Assembly (NCBI GenBank): GCA_035084275.1
Contig: CM068747.1
Location: 23,250,001 to 23,314,000 of the forward strand
Direction of reading: 5' to 3'
DNA length: 64,000 nucleotides
From: Hydrolagus colliei
Taxonomy: Eukaryota
A program made the position numbers and the translations under genes. A model generated the notes under the pieces. That model was not told the origin of the DNA and did no database searches. It saw nothing but the letters and a program-made list of their open reading frames with translations. Every line of letters begins with the position of its first letter. Position 1 is the first letter of the stretch. Positions 1 to 12,492 of the stretch are shown here, piece by piece.

Positions 1-290
1 CAGGTCTCTCTGTTCCTTCACACCCCTTAAAATTGTACTATCTAGCCTATATTGCCTCCCCTCATTTCTTCTACCAAAGTGTATCACTTCACACTTCTCT
101 GCATTAAACTTCATCTGCCATGTGTCTGCCCACTTTACCATTTTATCTAAATCCTCTTGCAGATGGCTACTATCCTCCTCACTATTTACTATTCTCCCTA
201 ACTCAGTATCATCTGCACATTTGGAAACCGTACTTCCTAAACCCAAATTCAAATCATTAATGTATATTAAAAAGAGCAGTGGTCCCAAAA
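1..290 (-). mobile_element. CR1-clade LINE ORF2 (reverse transcriptase) fragment
   Basis: Reverse strand reads LGPLLFLIYINDL...SKCADDTELG...LQEDLD...WADTWQMKFNAEKCEVIHFG...EQRDL; the FADD motif is degenerated to CADD. Confidence 0.9.
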
Positions 291-864
291 TATAGTTTGA
301 ACAATTTTAATATGGAGTACTGCAGTATACCTAGATGTGTTCTTGTTGAATGATTATTGTTTCTTAGTTAAAACCTTTAAACTAACTTTAGCCTTGATCA
401 TAAACTCATGCATGTTTTATTAGTTTTGTAGTCTGATAACTGAGTTCAGCACCTCACCATATGACAAAGCTCAGGTACAGAAGTTTGCTTTCAGGCATTG
501 ATTTGTATTGATGCTTTATTCAATATGCAAGCTCATTCATTGAGTTCAGAATTTTAAATCTTTAAACAGAGCAGATATAATGAATTATTTTCTATTTGTT
601 ACTAAGGCTGAAGATTTGAGTTAACTAACCATACTTAACTCATTGTGGAACGTGACAGCTAATTTGTCAAACGGTTGCATATTGTTAGTTAACTTAGCAA
701 GAAAATACTGGGAAAAATGTACCAAGTTGATTTCTAAGATTCTACTTTTTAATCTCAGCAGTTGAAAGATGCCAGTTTTTAGTTTTTCTTAATTATGGAT
801 AGAGGATATCTAAAATGGTCTTATCTTGTGGAATAGTTAGACACTGGGTACTTCTAAGTTGTGG

Positions 865-920
865 GTTCTGAGATGCCGTCCGGGGTGCAGGGCGCTATAT
901 AAATCCAAGTTGTTGTTGTT
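865..920 (+). mobile_element. Short L2/SINE-type 3' tail
   Basis: GGGCGCTATATAAATCCAAG followed by (TTG)n; the same motif recurs throughout the window. Confidence 0.55.
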
Positions 921-1019
921 GGCTGCGTACTTTGATGTTGGATTCCATGAATTATATTAACATTGTGTGTGACCTGAAATGCTTTGTACTGTTTATATCA
1001 TGGCAGCAATGAATTTGAG

Positions 1020-1365
1020 TGCTCGTTACCCTACACCAGACATTGGAAGCTTAGCATTTCCTTTCTCACTTGGCTCCACTGGCTGTCCCACAAGGGATCA
1101 AGATCCTCACATACAAATCACTCTATGGCAATCTTAATTCTGCAACCTCATCGACCTTAACAATGTCAACCCGGCCATTCCCTCTGATCAGCAAACACTG
1201 GCATGCTTTGTGTTCCTCACCCAAGTGACCCTACCATTGTTTAACAAGCTGTCAGTTATTCTGCCCTGCTCTCTGAAACTCCATCGGGGAGCCACACTGA
1301 CCTGCCTCCTCCAGCCTCACTTTTAAAACCCACCTTAAGACATCTCATTGATGGTGCTTTTGCTG
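1020..1365 (+). mobile_element. L2-clade LINE 3' fragment
   Basis: CTCCACTGGCT (LHWL), AAATCACTCTATGGC and TTTTAAAACCCACCTTAAGAC, typical of the L2 ORF2 end. Confidence 0.6.
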
Positions 1366-3420
1366 AATTATCACCCCCGACCCAAGAACCACCCACTCTC
1401 TTCATCTTTCTCCACCAGTTATAATGTAGGCTGTATTAAGGGAACACTTTAAACATTGTGTTGCCCCTCTCTTAAGTGTTGGGGAATGAAGTTGTATCTG
1501 CATGATGGGGGAAGTGAAGTTTCAGAGCAGTGATTGATAGTATGGAGAGAGAGAGAGAGATTTGCAAGTAGAATACAACCCGAAAAAAGTTGAGGTGGCC
1601 TTATTATGCAATATGCAATAAGATGGAAGGTTTCCATGCCCTGGAGTGAGTGTTCAGAATTTGGTACGTCTGATCTTATTTATTCTGGGTAATTCTTTCT
1701 CTCCCTTTAGTTCCCTCTCATAAACCAGGAAAAGTGTCTTTCCTGCTTGGAGGAGTGCATAGGATCGCTTTGTCCCTAATTGTGTGTTCTCAGTAAAAGA
1801 GCTTATTGCTTAGAACATTCAAGGTGTAAAGTCTTATTCTCTGCTTAATGGCATGAAGAGCATGTATCATATGAGGGATTTCTAAAAATTGCTGCTGAGT
1901 AAATAGTTTGATTTATTGTGTTCTGGGGCATTTTAAGTTAAGTTACTTTTAGCTAGCGTTTGCAGGAGGCAGGAGGAAATCCGTCTCCCCTCTCTCTCTG
2001 TCAGTTAGATAAATAGTTCGGCTTGTTGAGATGAGGGATGCAGTAGAGTGGTAGTTTGTTGCATTACCAATAGGAGGCTGTACTCTGTGTGGTATAACTG
2101 GATTTAAAATGTGTGCCCATGTAAATCTGCCAAATGAGTTTTTGAGTTGTCTAGAGATCTTAGCCATGGTACAATCCATCTGTAGACAGTTGTGTGCTTT
2201 CAGCAATGCAATAGAGCTTGCATATAATAAATGGCATTCATGTTTCCGGTTCACATCTTTCATTATTTTAACAGTATATTGATATTTTTGGTTTCCAATT
2301 TGTTAAATTGCATTTGGAAGAGATTATTGTTTTCAACTAGAATATGACATTTGGTTGAATGCTTCAACAGTTAAAGCTGGGTTCATTTTTTTAATGTTAT
2401 GATTCGAAAACAAAATCATCTTAACTTGACATTTGATATAAAGCAACATCTCAATCAGTTGTGGGCTGCTGGTTCATCATTTCTGTCAATTTGCGTTTTG
2501 AATGATCAACAATATAGTAGTCTGAATGCACACATTGTTTTAGCACGTTATTTGCCCTGTTTATGTGTACCAATGATCAAACTTATTGGTTTAGCTAAAA
2601 CGTTCAAATTTGTCTAGAATGGCAAGGTTCACAATAATATATTTTTAAGTTTTTTAAGCTTGAAACATTGTTAACTTTGAAAACTCCTTGCACTTACAGT
2701 ACAGTATACTTGTACTTGGTAGTATTTCATGTTCAACTTGTTTTCTTGGTACATTTGTATTGAAAAATACACGTTTCTCACAGATGGAATAAAGTTTGTT
2801 AGAAATGACTTTCCAGCCTCTTTGATAATTTATAATATGCAATAGAAGTCATGCAATAACATGATTTAGTATGACAATCATTGAGCTAGATTTCTGTTAT
2901 ATTTCCCTATGCGGAATGAGGATACCGTCCTATCTTGATCAAACTGCAAAGTATAGGGCTCCATTTTTCTAGTTATAATATGGAATGGGGCAACACAGAT
3001 ATTAAATATTCTCAATGTGTTTATTTGTGAGTAAACTAACTAGCCTTCACAATGCGCTTTATCTCTACAAATGCCAGTGAATGCACAGTCAAATAATTAA
3101 TTTTCCAATTGAGTAATGCTATATTTTGTGAATTGAATCTACTTTTTGGTATAATGTCATCTCCATGTCAAAGGTAATTTCAGGTACAGCATCATTTCCC
3201 ATCCTGTTTTGCTGGGCAATACGTTTGCTCATGGTTCTTCTTGGAAGAAAATATCTCAGTGATTCATTTTTATTGTTTAAAAAATATATAGTTTAACATA
3301 AAAAGCTTTAATATGCTACTAATGATTGCCACCATTTTCACTTTCCAGCAATAAGAAGCATTACTCAGAATCAATATGCGTTTGCTTCCTAAAATGCTAA
3401 CCATATTATTTTCTATACAG

Positions 3421-6348
3421 AATTTTCTAGCTCTCTTACCATCTCTGCTGAAGAGGAGAGGGAAGATTTCTACAGCAGTGACCTTCACTTGATTGAAAAA
3501 ACATTTGAACTCAAGCCTGAATCTCAAGTTAAATCTAGCACCTTGAAGTTAAAAACTGATGCTACCACATCAAAAGCAGTCCCCGTATTCATTAAACAAA
3601 TTTCCAACATTGAGGTATTTGTAGAGGATGTAGCCAAGTTCTCTGTCACTATTACTGGAATTCCAAAACCCTCTGTTCAGTGGTTTTACAACAGTGTAAA
3701 GTTGGCTCCTTCACCAAATTACAAATTTGTGTACGATAAGAATGAGTATAGTTTAATCATTTCTTATACAAAACTTACAGATGAGGGAGAATATACCTGT
3801 TCAGCGAGTAATGTACATGGGGAGACTTCTTGCAGTGCCTATCTGAGGGTGAAATCAAAGGAAGGCACAGGAGGGATGAGAAAATCAGCTGCCAAACCTT
3901 TAGTAGTCCAAAAACAATACTCTAAATCGTATAAAGAATCCATAAGTGGTGATCAAGCTATAGAGTCCCGTTTATTCATGGTAAAATTGCCAGGTGACGC
4001 AGGGGCTGGATTACAGAAAGGCAATCAGTTGGTATATACAATAGCAACAGAAGATAAGCATTCGCTACACAGCGAACAAACAGGAGTGTTGCGTGACGTG
4101 ACTCTCTCAGCTGCAGAATCATCAGTAGCAAAGACTCAGATGATAATGCATTCGCAGACTACACAAGAAAGTCATGGATTTATAGAGCAACACTATGAAC
4201 CAATTCAAAGTCCAACTGTGGTTACGTTGCCGAGCACAGCAGTAGAGCAGCAGCCTCTTCTCACTCTGCCCACAGTTGAAGAATTGTTGGTAGAGAATAT
4301 ACAGTCAGTAGATATAGCAATAGGAGCAAGATCATCGAGAGAGTTACTACTACCATTGCTATTACCTGTTATTGGAAGCCAGAAAATATTACCAAAAGAA
4401 TCAATATTAAAATCATATAAATCTGAAATGCTACAGGCTTCGTGTACAAAGGATAACATTATGAAATCTGCGATGGTAACAGAGGAAAAACAGCAGCTTT
4501 CAGCTGAATACGCAGAAGCAATAGTTGGCTTAGACAGAGCAACGGCAGTCAGGTCTGTGAAAGAGCAAAAGCAGCCTTTGCACCTGCAAGTAATTCACAA
4601 ACAAGACACTCTGCCCAGAGAATCGACTTTTACATTTGAAGTACCCGCAGAGGAGAAAGCTAAATTGAGGAAAAGCCCAACATTGCTGCATTCACTATTG
4701 TCCGATGAACAGCAATCCATACCTGATGAATTCACCACTGAGTTACCCAGTGTAATGGATGCCGTCACCTGTAAATCTACAAAAGAACCTGCTTCTATAG
4801 TATTTCCTGTTGACGTAGAAACTGGACACATTCTGCAAAAGGAAGACGTGATTCCCCTTGAAAAACCCGCTCCTCATACAGCAGCCTATAAACTGGAGAA
4901 AGTGTACACTTGTGCAGCAGTTGCAGAGAAACAACAAGAAATGCTAGCGGAGCAAACTGAAGCTCTTGGAAAGGAAGCTGAGAGTTTATATGCCAAGGTC
5001 AAAACCGAGCCTGGTCCCCAAACCTGCCTCCAGTCAGTGACTCTACCAATGTTGCTGTCAAAGGAGAAGGGTTTTACCGTAGAAGCAAAAGAGCAGCGTG
5101 CAGTATTAAATAAAGTAGATGACATAGTCAAGCAGTTCAGTACCACAGTGGAGAGTAAGGTCCTGCGAGATGATTTTGCCGGCACTTTTACGACCACAAC
5201 TGCAACAACCTGCAAGGATAACTATGAACCCAAATTGCTTTCAGTTTCTATACAGGTTGAGGAAAAGGCTCTTTCGATGGAGAGCACAAGCAGCTTAGAG
5301 GCGGCAGAGCAAGACTCTGCGGTTAGAATCCAGGAGGGCCAGTCAGTAAGAATTCCTTTGTTGCTTCACGAGAAGCAGCTTTTTAAAGAGGAACATTCTT
5401 CGGCTATCGAGAAGTCAGGTGAAACCTCCTTAAAGGTAGTGAAACAGTCACAGCAAAAACTGGAAGCTCATGTTGTAGAAGAGAGTGATATATTTCCAAA
5501 AGAACTCCCATTTGTGGTCCAAACTCCCGACACAGTCACTCTGGATATAAACATACAGATAAAGAAAGCACTGCAAGCTGCATTAGCAAGTGAACAGTGT
5601 GTTCTTTCTTCAGAATTGCTGGGCAGTATAGATGAGGTGGAGGTTAGGGAGATAAAAATTCAGAAAGAACCTCGGTGCACTTTGTATACCTATCAGATTA
5701 CTAACACCTGTCCTCCTATAGAAGTGACTCTAGCCTTTGAAGGGGAATATCCCCAGAAAGCTGATCTGAGAGAGGAATTGAGAGCGGCGTTGCATGCCAT
5801 TATTCATCAAGAACAACCCATCCTAATGAAAGAGAAGGCATTGCTGGCCTGTCTGAGTAAAGAGGCTCAGGCAGTGACAGAACCAGATGCCCTTACGTAC
5901 ACTTCAATTGTATCAGATAAGTCTGTGTTAAGTGAGTCAACTTTCACTGTGTCTCAGAAAACAGAATTGCTGATAACCACTGAAGCAGAAGGTTTTGTTA
6001 CGGTACAACAGCCAACAGCGACCCTCAAAAAAGAGAAAGTCCTAGACAAAGCTAGCAAGAGAGTAGCCCAAACTCCACCAGTCATCACTAAAGGGCTATT
6101 GGATATGGAAATAGATGAAGATAGCGAAGTAATATTTAGCACAGTGATAACAAAAGTTCAAAAGGTAAATTGGTACATCAATGCCAGGCAAATTACTTCC
6201 AAAAAAGAGTTCAAATGTTTGCAAGAAGGTGACACTTACTCTCTTATAATCGACAAAGTATGCAAAGAGGAACATCAAGGAGAATATGTCTGTGAGGCAC
6301 TGAATGAAGCTGGAAAAGCAACTACTTCTGCAAAACTTATTATAAGAG
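3421..6348 (+). CDS. TTN: Titin N2B exon (human exon 49 equivalent): I24-like Ig, long N2B unique sequence, I26-like Ig
   Basis: Branch TGCTAAC then ttctatacAG|; starts (E)FSSSLTISAEEE; contains PVFIKQISN..GIPKPSVQWF, QDSAVRIQEG, ALQAALASEQ, EHQGEYVCEALNEAG; donor G|gttgga; 2928 bp, phase 1-1. Confidence 0.96.
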
Positions 6349-6504
6349 GTTGGATTATGGGGATAACATTCTTCTTTAATGTTAATTATGAAACCAAATG
6401 TAATCAGACTAATCACATAGTTAACCTGTAATGCTTAATGGTAGATTCTTGTTCTAATAGATCAACATAACTAAACTCTATCTATTTCCCTCTTTCTGTT
6501 GCTC

Positions 6505-6625
6505 TTTTATTTTGCCCACAAAATATACAGTCAATTCACTTTCAGTATATTCTGTGAAGTTCTTTGAGATGTCTCGAAGACTTGATAAGGCGCTGTACCA
6601 ACTGCAAGGATTACTATTTATTACT
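6505..6625 (+). mobile_element. tRNA-SINE 3' half
   Basis: TTTGCCCACAAAATATACAGTCAATTCACTTTCAGTATATTCTGTGAAG...GCAAGGATTACTATT matches the full copies at 48853 and 50602. Confidence 0.8.
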
Positions 6626-7059
6626 ATTTCACTTTTTACTTATTTGCTCTAATTTAATCAAACATAAATTAAAAGTTTTTTAAAAAAAACAGTTCTGCTT
6701 TAAAATTTCATTTCTAGTAATCTGTACAAAATACAATCAACCCAAATAGGGTCACATCAGTTAATATCACAATCATTTTTATCAAAAGGCTTAAAAGTTC
6801 AATTTTTGCCTCATTTTATTTAATACGGTAGAGGATTAAAAATATAATAATTACTTCTGATCGATATCAAGTCTTGATTATCTGATGTGATCGTAGCATG
6901 CTTTTCATGTGGATCATTTTAAACATTCGATTTTGAATAATAAAAGAAAAAATAATTGCAAATAATCAACGGATAAAAGCTTTGAATTCTATGCTGTTTT
7001 AAAATTTACCATGTTATTCTCTGTGGTTTACTTGCAGTCTAACAATTTCTACTAACCTG

Positions 7060-7480
7060 ATTCAGCCACATGTTTGAAGTTTCAACTAATATAATTTGTA
7101 ATAATTTCACCTCCCCATATTCCACATTTGAGGAATTGATCACTTTCTGGATAGATCATGATCACCACTTTGTCATCACATAAAGGCAACTGATTGATGT
7201 ATTTCTTCCTAAACCTTTATCACCTTTTATCATTCATTTTTTTCTAGGAAGTATAGATGCATCAAGATGCCTTGCATGTTTCTAGAATCTAGAGGCATCA
7301 CACCCACATGTCAATCATTCTTGAATTCCATTGAAATGTCACCGTTTGTTACATTGGACATGATCACTGGTTTGCTAACATCTTTTCACGTTCATTTCTT
7401 CTCCACAGTCACTCCTTGGATTGTTAGTTTCTGTCACCCTTCACCATTGGTCTTTTTAGGTGGTCACACCTACACCTAAT
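7060..7480 (+). promoter_or_regulatory. Putative intronic splicing-regulatory CAC/YCAY cluster
   Basis: About 21 CAC triplets in ~420 nt (hand count) between the N2B and I27 exons; TGCATG at 7273. Confidence 0.5.
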
Positions 7481-7550
7481 CCTTGTGATTGTTACAAAAC
7501 AAAAGTTTGCTGATACAGTGCTCTCATAATCTTTGTATTTGCACCTGCAG

Positions 7551-7829
7551 TGCCTCCATCCTTCAAGAGGAAGATCGAATCAGTGCAAGTGACACTGGGA
7601 CAGATTGCTGAGTTTCACTGTGAGGTTGAACCGGTCTCCGATGTGAGATTCCAGTGGTTTCGAGCAACATCTGAACTTCGCGATAGTGAAAAATACTCCA
7701 TTGTTACCGAGAGGTATATCTCCACCTTGAAGCTTTTGAAGCCCCAACTGATCGACTGTGGTGAATATACCTGCACAGCATCAAACCAAAGTGGCAGTGT
7801 AAGCAGTAGTGCTAAATTGCTTGTGACTG
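7551..7829 (+). CDS. TTN: Titin Ig exon, I27 (exon 50 equivalent)
   Basis: cag|..|gtaagt, 279 bp; VPPSFKRKIESVQVTLG..VRFQWF..DCGEYTC. Confidence 0.96.
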
Positions 7830-8630
7830 GTAAGTGCATTCTCCCAAACCCTAATTGTCATATTTCATTTATTGTTGTAGCGGGCTTCTTCGGTGAATGG
7901 CTTTAGAAAAAAAAACTTCTCTTATTTCTTTTACTCAATGTGTGCATCTAGAATGACTCTTCCATTCCTAAAAATAACAGGCGCTTTGGCGTGTTTTACT
8001 GTTAATATAGTACTGCATAAATAAGGAAAATGTTTCTTTGCAAAGGTATTTTGTGATTCACTGAGCTGACTCACCACCTTTAAGGCTTTGCTCATTTTTC
8101 ATAATTATTATGACAAGTAAAACCGGCACGTTTCACTGATAAAATAACGTCTATCCAAAGAATTATTGCCTTTGCAGCAAATGAATAGGTGGCCAAGGCT
8201 ATTTTACGATCACTATGTAACAGACTATTTTGATGTAATTTACATCAACCTCTTTGAACTTTGATTTTAAACAATACAAAGGTTCATAATCTTCTGCATG
8301 TTTCTAAATCACCTTTGTATGGCTAGTGCAAAGTGCCAGAATGCACAGTGAATAGTAGCAATGCTATTCCAGAACTTTGACGATCAAGTGAATTTTCTCA
8401 CCAAACAATCGGTTCTTAAAATTAAGTTGCTTTCAATTATTTCAAGTTGGGACTGCCTGAATGGTGGCTATGGATGTATTGTGCACCCTCTTTTCTTCAA
8501 ATTCTTTGGGTCTCTCTCTTTGTCTTTATCTTTTAAGTAAATCGGGGTGACATAGCAGTCCTAGTAGTCTGCTTTCTTAGACATTAAGTGATATAAATTG
8601 GAAGTCTAACCCAAGATGTTTATTTTGTAG

Positions 8631-9194
8631 AACTCTTACCGCCAAGCTTTGTAACTAGACCAGATCCAGTTACAACATTTGTGGGTAAACTTGCAAAATT
8701 TCAGTGTGTTGTAACTGGATCCCCTGTGATCCACACCGTTTGGCAGAAGAACGGAGTTGACATCATTCAGGAAGAAAATTGCAAGATTTCATCCAAAGAA
8801 AACAAACGCATTCTGGAAATTAGTCATTTGAAGTTGGAAGACAAGGGCGATTACTCTTGTAAGGTGACCAATCACTGTGGCACTGATATCTGCAGTGCTC
8901 ATCTGACAGTAGTTGACATGCCACATTTCATTAGGAGTCTCAAAGCCATCAAGACAACAGTTAACAGCAATGTGCGTCTTGAATGCCAAGTGGACGAAGA
9001 CACAGGAGTCAAGGTTGCTTGGAAGAGAGATGAAGAAACCCTTCGACCAGGCAAAGATTATAGAATGACTTTTGAAGACAAAGTAGCAGTTTTGGAAATC
9101 CTGAAAAGCAAGCTAAAAGATACAGGAAATTATATGTGCACAGCTTCAAATGAAGCTGGAAGTACCTTCTGCTCAGCATTAGTCACAGTAAAAG
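8631..9194 (+). CDS. TTN: Titin two-Ig exon, I28-I29 (exon 51 equivalent)
   Basis: tag|..|gtaaga, 564 bp; ELLPPSFVTRPDPVTTFVGK..LECQVDEDTG. Confidence 0.96.
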
Positions 9195-10719
9195 GTAAGA
9201 TTTCCTGTACTGATTAGTGGAAAAATTGTAAGCAAAACCTGGTAGTTACTGCAGATGGGCTGTTAAAGATGTTGGTAATAATAACATATTTTAATATAGA
9301 TCAGTCAGCCAGTGACTCAGGTTAGTGAAAATGGAAAATAAATTATCATACGATTAACATAGTTTCTTAATCTTAAAGTTTACATTCTTTTCAATGTAAA
9401 CAATTAAATTCAAAGATGTTGATTGGACGCTGTGAAACAGGAAAAAGGACAATTCTTCTGGAAATCTTTAAATGTGTTGCTTTTCATACTCTTACTCATT
9501 TAGAGTCTTTAAATCATCCCTTTTTACCCCCCAAATGAATGCAATTTCCATTTATATAGAATTTGGGGATTTTCCTCACTCAGCTCCCGATAATTCCCCA
9601 AGCTAAAGCCCAAACTCACAATTTTATGGTGCATGCAATGTATTATACGCTGTTTTACCTGATTCACAGGCAGCAAATAATCTTACTATTACTGTACTAT
9701 GTTTCTTTAAAGCTCTTGTAATCCTTAAAATATCATATTTTTGCTATATTTTAACAACCCATGGAGAGAAGCAAGGTCGTGAAGCCTAAGATTTCAATGC
9801 CAATTGAATCAATGGAGTTTATACTGAAGACTTGGAAACCAAGCACTTGGGTTCACACTGGCACGATTTATCCAGTTTGAATCAGATTCCCTGGGGAATC
9901 AATGGGGCTTTATAATTACAGTATTAACGGCTGAATTCTTTAACAGCCATATCTTTTACACATCTTTACATAAGGATCGTTCTCTTCTCATTGTTTCACC
10001 ATATCTTATGTGTATTATTATTATATTGTGTGTATTGTTTTTTTTAGAAAAGTATATTCCTTTTGCAGTAACAAAAAACTAGCAAATTGGTTGTGGACAA
10101 GGGATTTTCCCCACTTGGCTCCTGATAATCCTGCAACCCAAAGTCCAAATGAATAGAGTGCTGTTATCTGGATAAGCAGTGGGAAGCTTGCTAGGCAAAC
10201 TGCAACAACAGCTTGCACTTATATAGCGTCCTCCATGCAGGGTAGCATCTTAGAGTGCTCAGAAGCTATGTGGTTTTCACTGGTTGAACCCCAGCATATA
10301 CTACAATGCACATTCAGGGATCCTCAAGCCTTGACCCTTGAGAACCCGCACCTGACACTTCACTCCCGAGTAACTCAGGTGTGTCCCTTCAGGAAAAGAA
10401 TGCACATCCCATTCCACATACAAAGAAGCATCCATGTATACACGTGGAACTTTAAGTGTGCTTTGGATGCTCTTAAGCATGGTGATGAGTGACCAGAAAA
10501 AAATATTTACTGTACATAACTTTCATTATACTGTTGAATTTGTGATGCATGAGATTAATTGTGCTTCTTTACAATTCAATAAATGTAAATCAATGCAATA
10601 GCTAATTATGTTGAACACTGTGAAATCTGATCAGTTTGGTTAAGCAGCCATTTGTCTTTTCAAAACAGTAATAACGCAAACAGGATCAGTTTGAGTAGGG
10701 ATTTCCCCTAAAGCATACA

Positions 10720-11080
10720 CAAGTTGGATGGTGTTATGGTCAGGCCCAGAGTTTTGTATACAGTTCTAGTCTCTACAACAGAAAGGAACTTCCCAGGCCC
10801 TAGACACAGTGCAGAGGAGAGCAACATCGATAATCTCCAATGTTGGAACGATAAGCATAGAGCAATAATTAGGCAAACAAGGGCTCTGAGAATCTTACAG
10901 GTGATGCAGATGGGGGGCTCACAGAGGTATAAGCTTTTACATGGGATTGAGAAAGTAAACTCTGAGGATATGATTAAAGCAGAAAGCATTAAAAGGAAAC
11001 TTGATGCATACACAGAAGGGAATAGAGGAGTATGGGAGAGGAAACGAGGAGAGCTGTAAACCCAGGCATAGGCAAAGGAC
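10720..11080 (+). mobile_element. Degenerate CR1 LINE 3' fragment
   Basis: ACAGAGGTATAAGCTTTTACATGGGATTGAGAAAGTAAAC and AAAAGGAAACTTGATGCATAC resemble the CR1 ORF2 C-terminus. Confidence 0.5.
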
Positions 11081-12080
11081 CTGTTTTTGTAATGTAACAG
11101 TTTAAATATATGTAAGAATACTTTTGAACGCACCAAGATAACAGAACAGGTTTAGGGTAGCCACGAGCAATTTCAGGACAGACACCGGGAAGTGTTTCTT
11201 TACCTAAAGAGTAAAAAAATGATTGTAAGGGTTTGTTAGTAAGAGTGGTTGAGTGCACTCTTTTAAATCGTTTGATGCTGTGAATGGGAGAATGGTAGGG
11301 AAGATATTCTGGAAGGATAAAGAAGACTCTTCTTCATGTGAATCTTTCTTGCGATCTTATGAAACAGTATTTCTCAAAACCAGAAAGGTTTTAGATCGAC
11401 TACCAACAAGTTTTAATTTGGTTGCATGTGATTTTTGATCTATATTCTAGAATAAAGTGCTGTCCATAGATATAATGGTTCATTAGTGCTTTGTATCTGA
11501 CAATTGCCTTTTTAAATATCTAATAGATGCTATGTTTTTCATCAGCAAAATTTGTAATTTATTAATTGTGTGACTTTTTGATAAAATTTGACAAGTTCCC
11601 AAATCCATTAGCAAAGCCCCAGCTATTTAAATTCAGGCCTATGAATAATATTGTTTTCAAATATAACCATGTATAATAATTAACAATCATTACATTTGAT
11701 ATAGCGCCTTTCACATCGGGAGAACTTCTAAAGCATTGTACAGGATACATGATACAGTGCACTGACTGTGTATCTTGTAGGAAACCATAGATAAAAGTGA
11801 TGTCATGTAATGTCACCTGATTGATACTAAAGTACCATTAATTGTTCCTTAAATGGAAATACAAAAACAAATTTCCATTTATAGAATGCCTTTCACATCA
11901 GGAGGACGTCCCAAGGCGCTGGATTTAGATTATAATTTAGATTATATGTATTTAGTACATGTAAGGCTCTTCTTATTATTGATGTTCAGTACTTTTTTTG
12001 CTCACTCGTGTTGCTTTTGTCTTTTTAGATACTTATTTTCATTAGAATCTCTTATAATGTTTCTTAAAACCTTTCTTTAG

Positions 12081-12362
12081 AACCTCCTTCCTTCGTGAAG
12101 AAGCCAGACCCAATTCTGCTATTGAAACAAGGCGATTCCATATACTTGCAATGCAAAATAAAGGGCTCGCCTGAAATCAATGTGATCTGGTACAAGAACA
12201 ATAACATCCTCAGTCCTTCGGAAAAATGCAGCACATCGTTTATCGATTCGATGGCTGTCCTCGATATAGCTGATCTGACTATCGAGGATGGCGGGGATTA
12301 TGTTTGCGAAGCACAAAACGAAGCTGGTACTGACAGCTGCAACTGTGTCATTACAATCAAAG
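12081..12362 (+). CDS. TTN: Titin Ig exon, super-repeat 1 position A
   Basis: 282 bp, AG/GT, phase 1; EPPSFVKKPDPILLLKQG. Confidence 0.95.
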
Positions 12363-12492
12363 GTCTGTAAGATCTCTCTTTGGGTGATATCAATTCAATT
12401 TTCGGCGACAATTACGTCGCTTTCTTCTTTAATCTTTTACAATAGATCAGTGATGACCGAGTCTGAATTTGCCTTTATGTATTCCTTTATAG

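Noticed and set aside
1545-1560. Short microsatellites: (GA)n here, (GTTAT)n near 34031, (TG)n near 52590
   Set aside because: Ordinary short tandem repeats with no further signal
290-3420. Novex-3 terminal exon or its 3' UTR upstream of N2B
   Set aside because: No long plus-strand ORF or Ig motif; if present it lies upstream of the window
4205-6416. Several minus-strand ORFs of 60-110 aa over N2B, and many more over Ig exons (e.g. 15023-15460, 30727-31290)
   Set aside because: Antisense shadows of the titin coding frame; no independent start, splice or domain evidence
3489-6431. 980-aa ORF as a standalone gene
   Set aside because: It is an internal exon: the frame extends upstream to the acceptor at 3420 and a donor lies at 6349; the TTG start is an artefact
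10708-11258. ORFs of 89-142 aa in the intron after the two-Ig exon
   Set aside because: They overlap a degenerate CR1 fragment; no titin-like content or suitable splice sites
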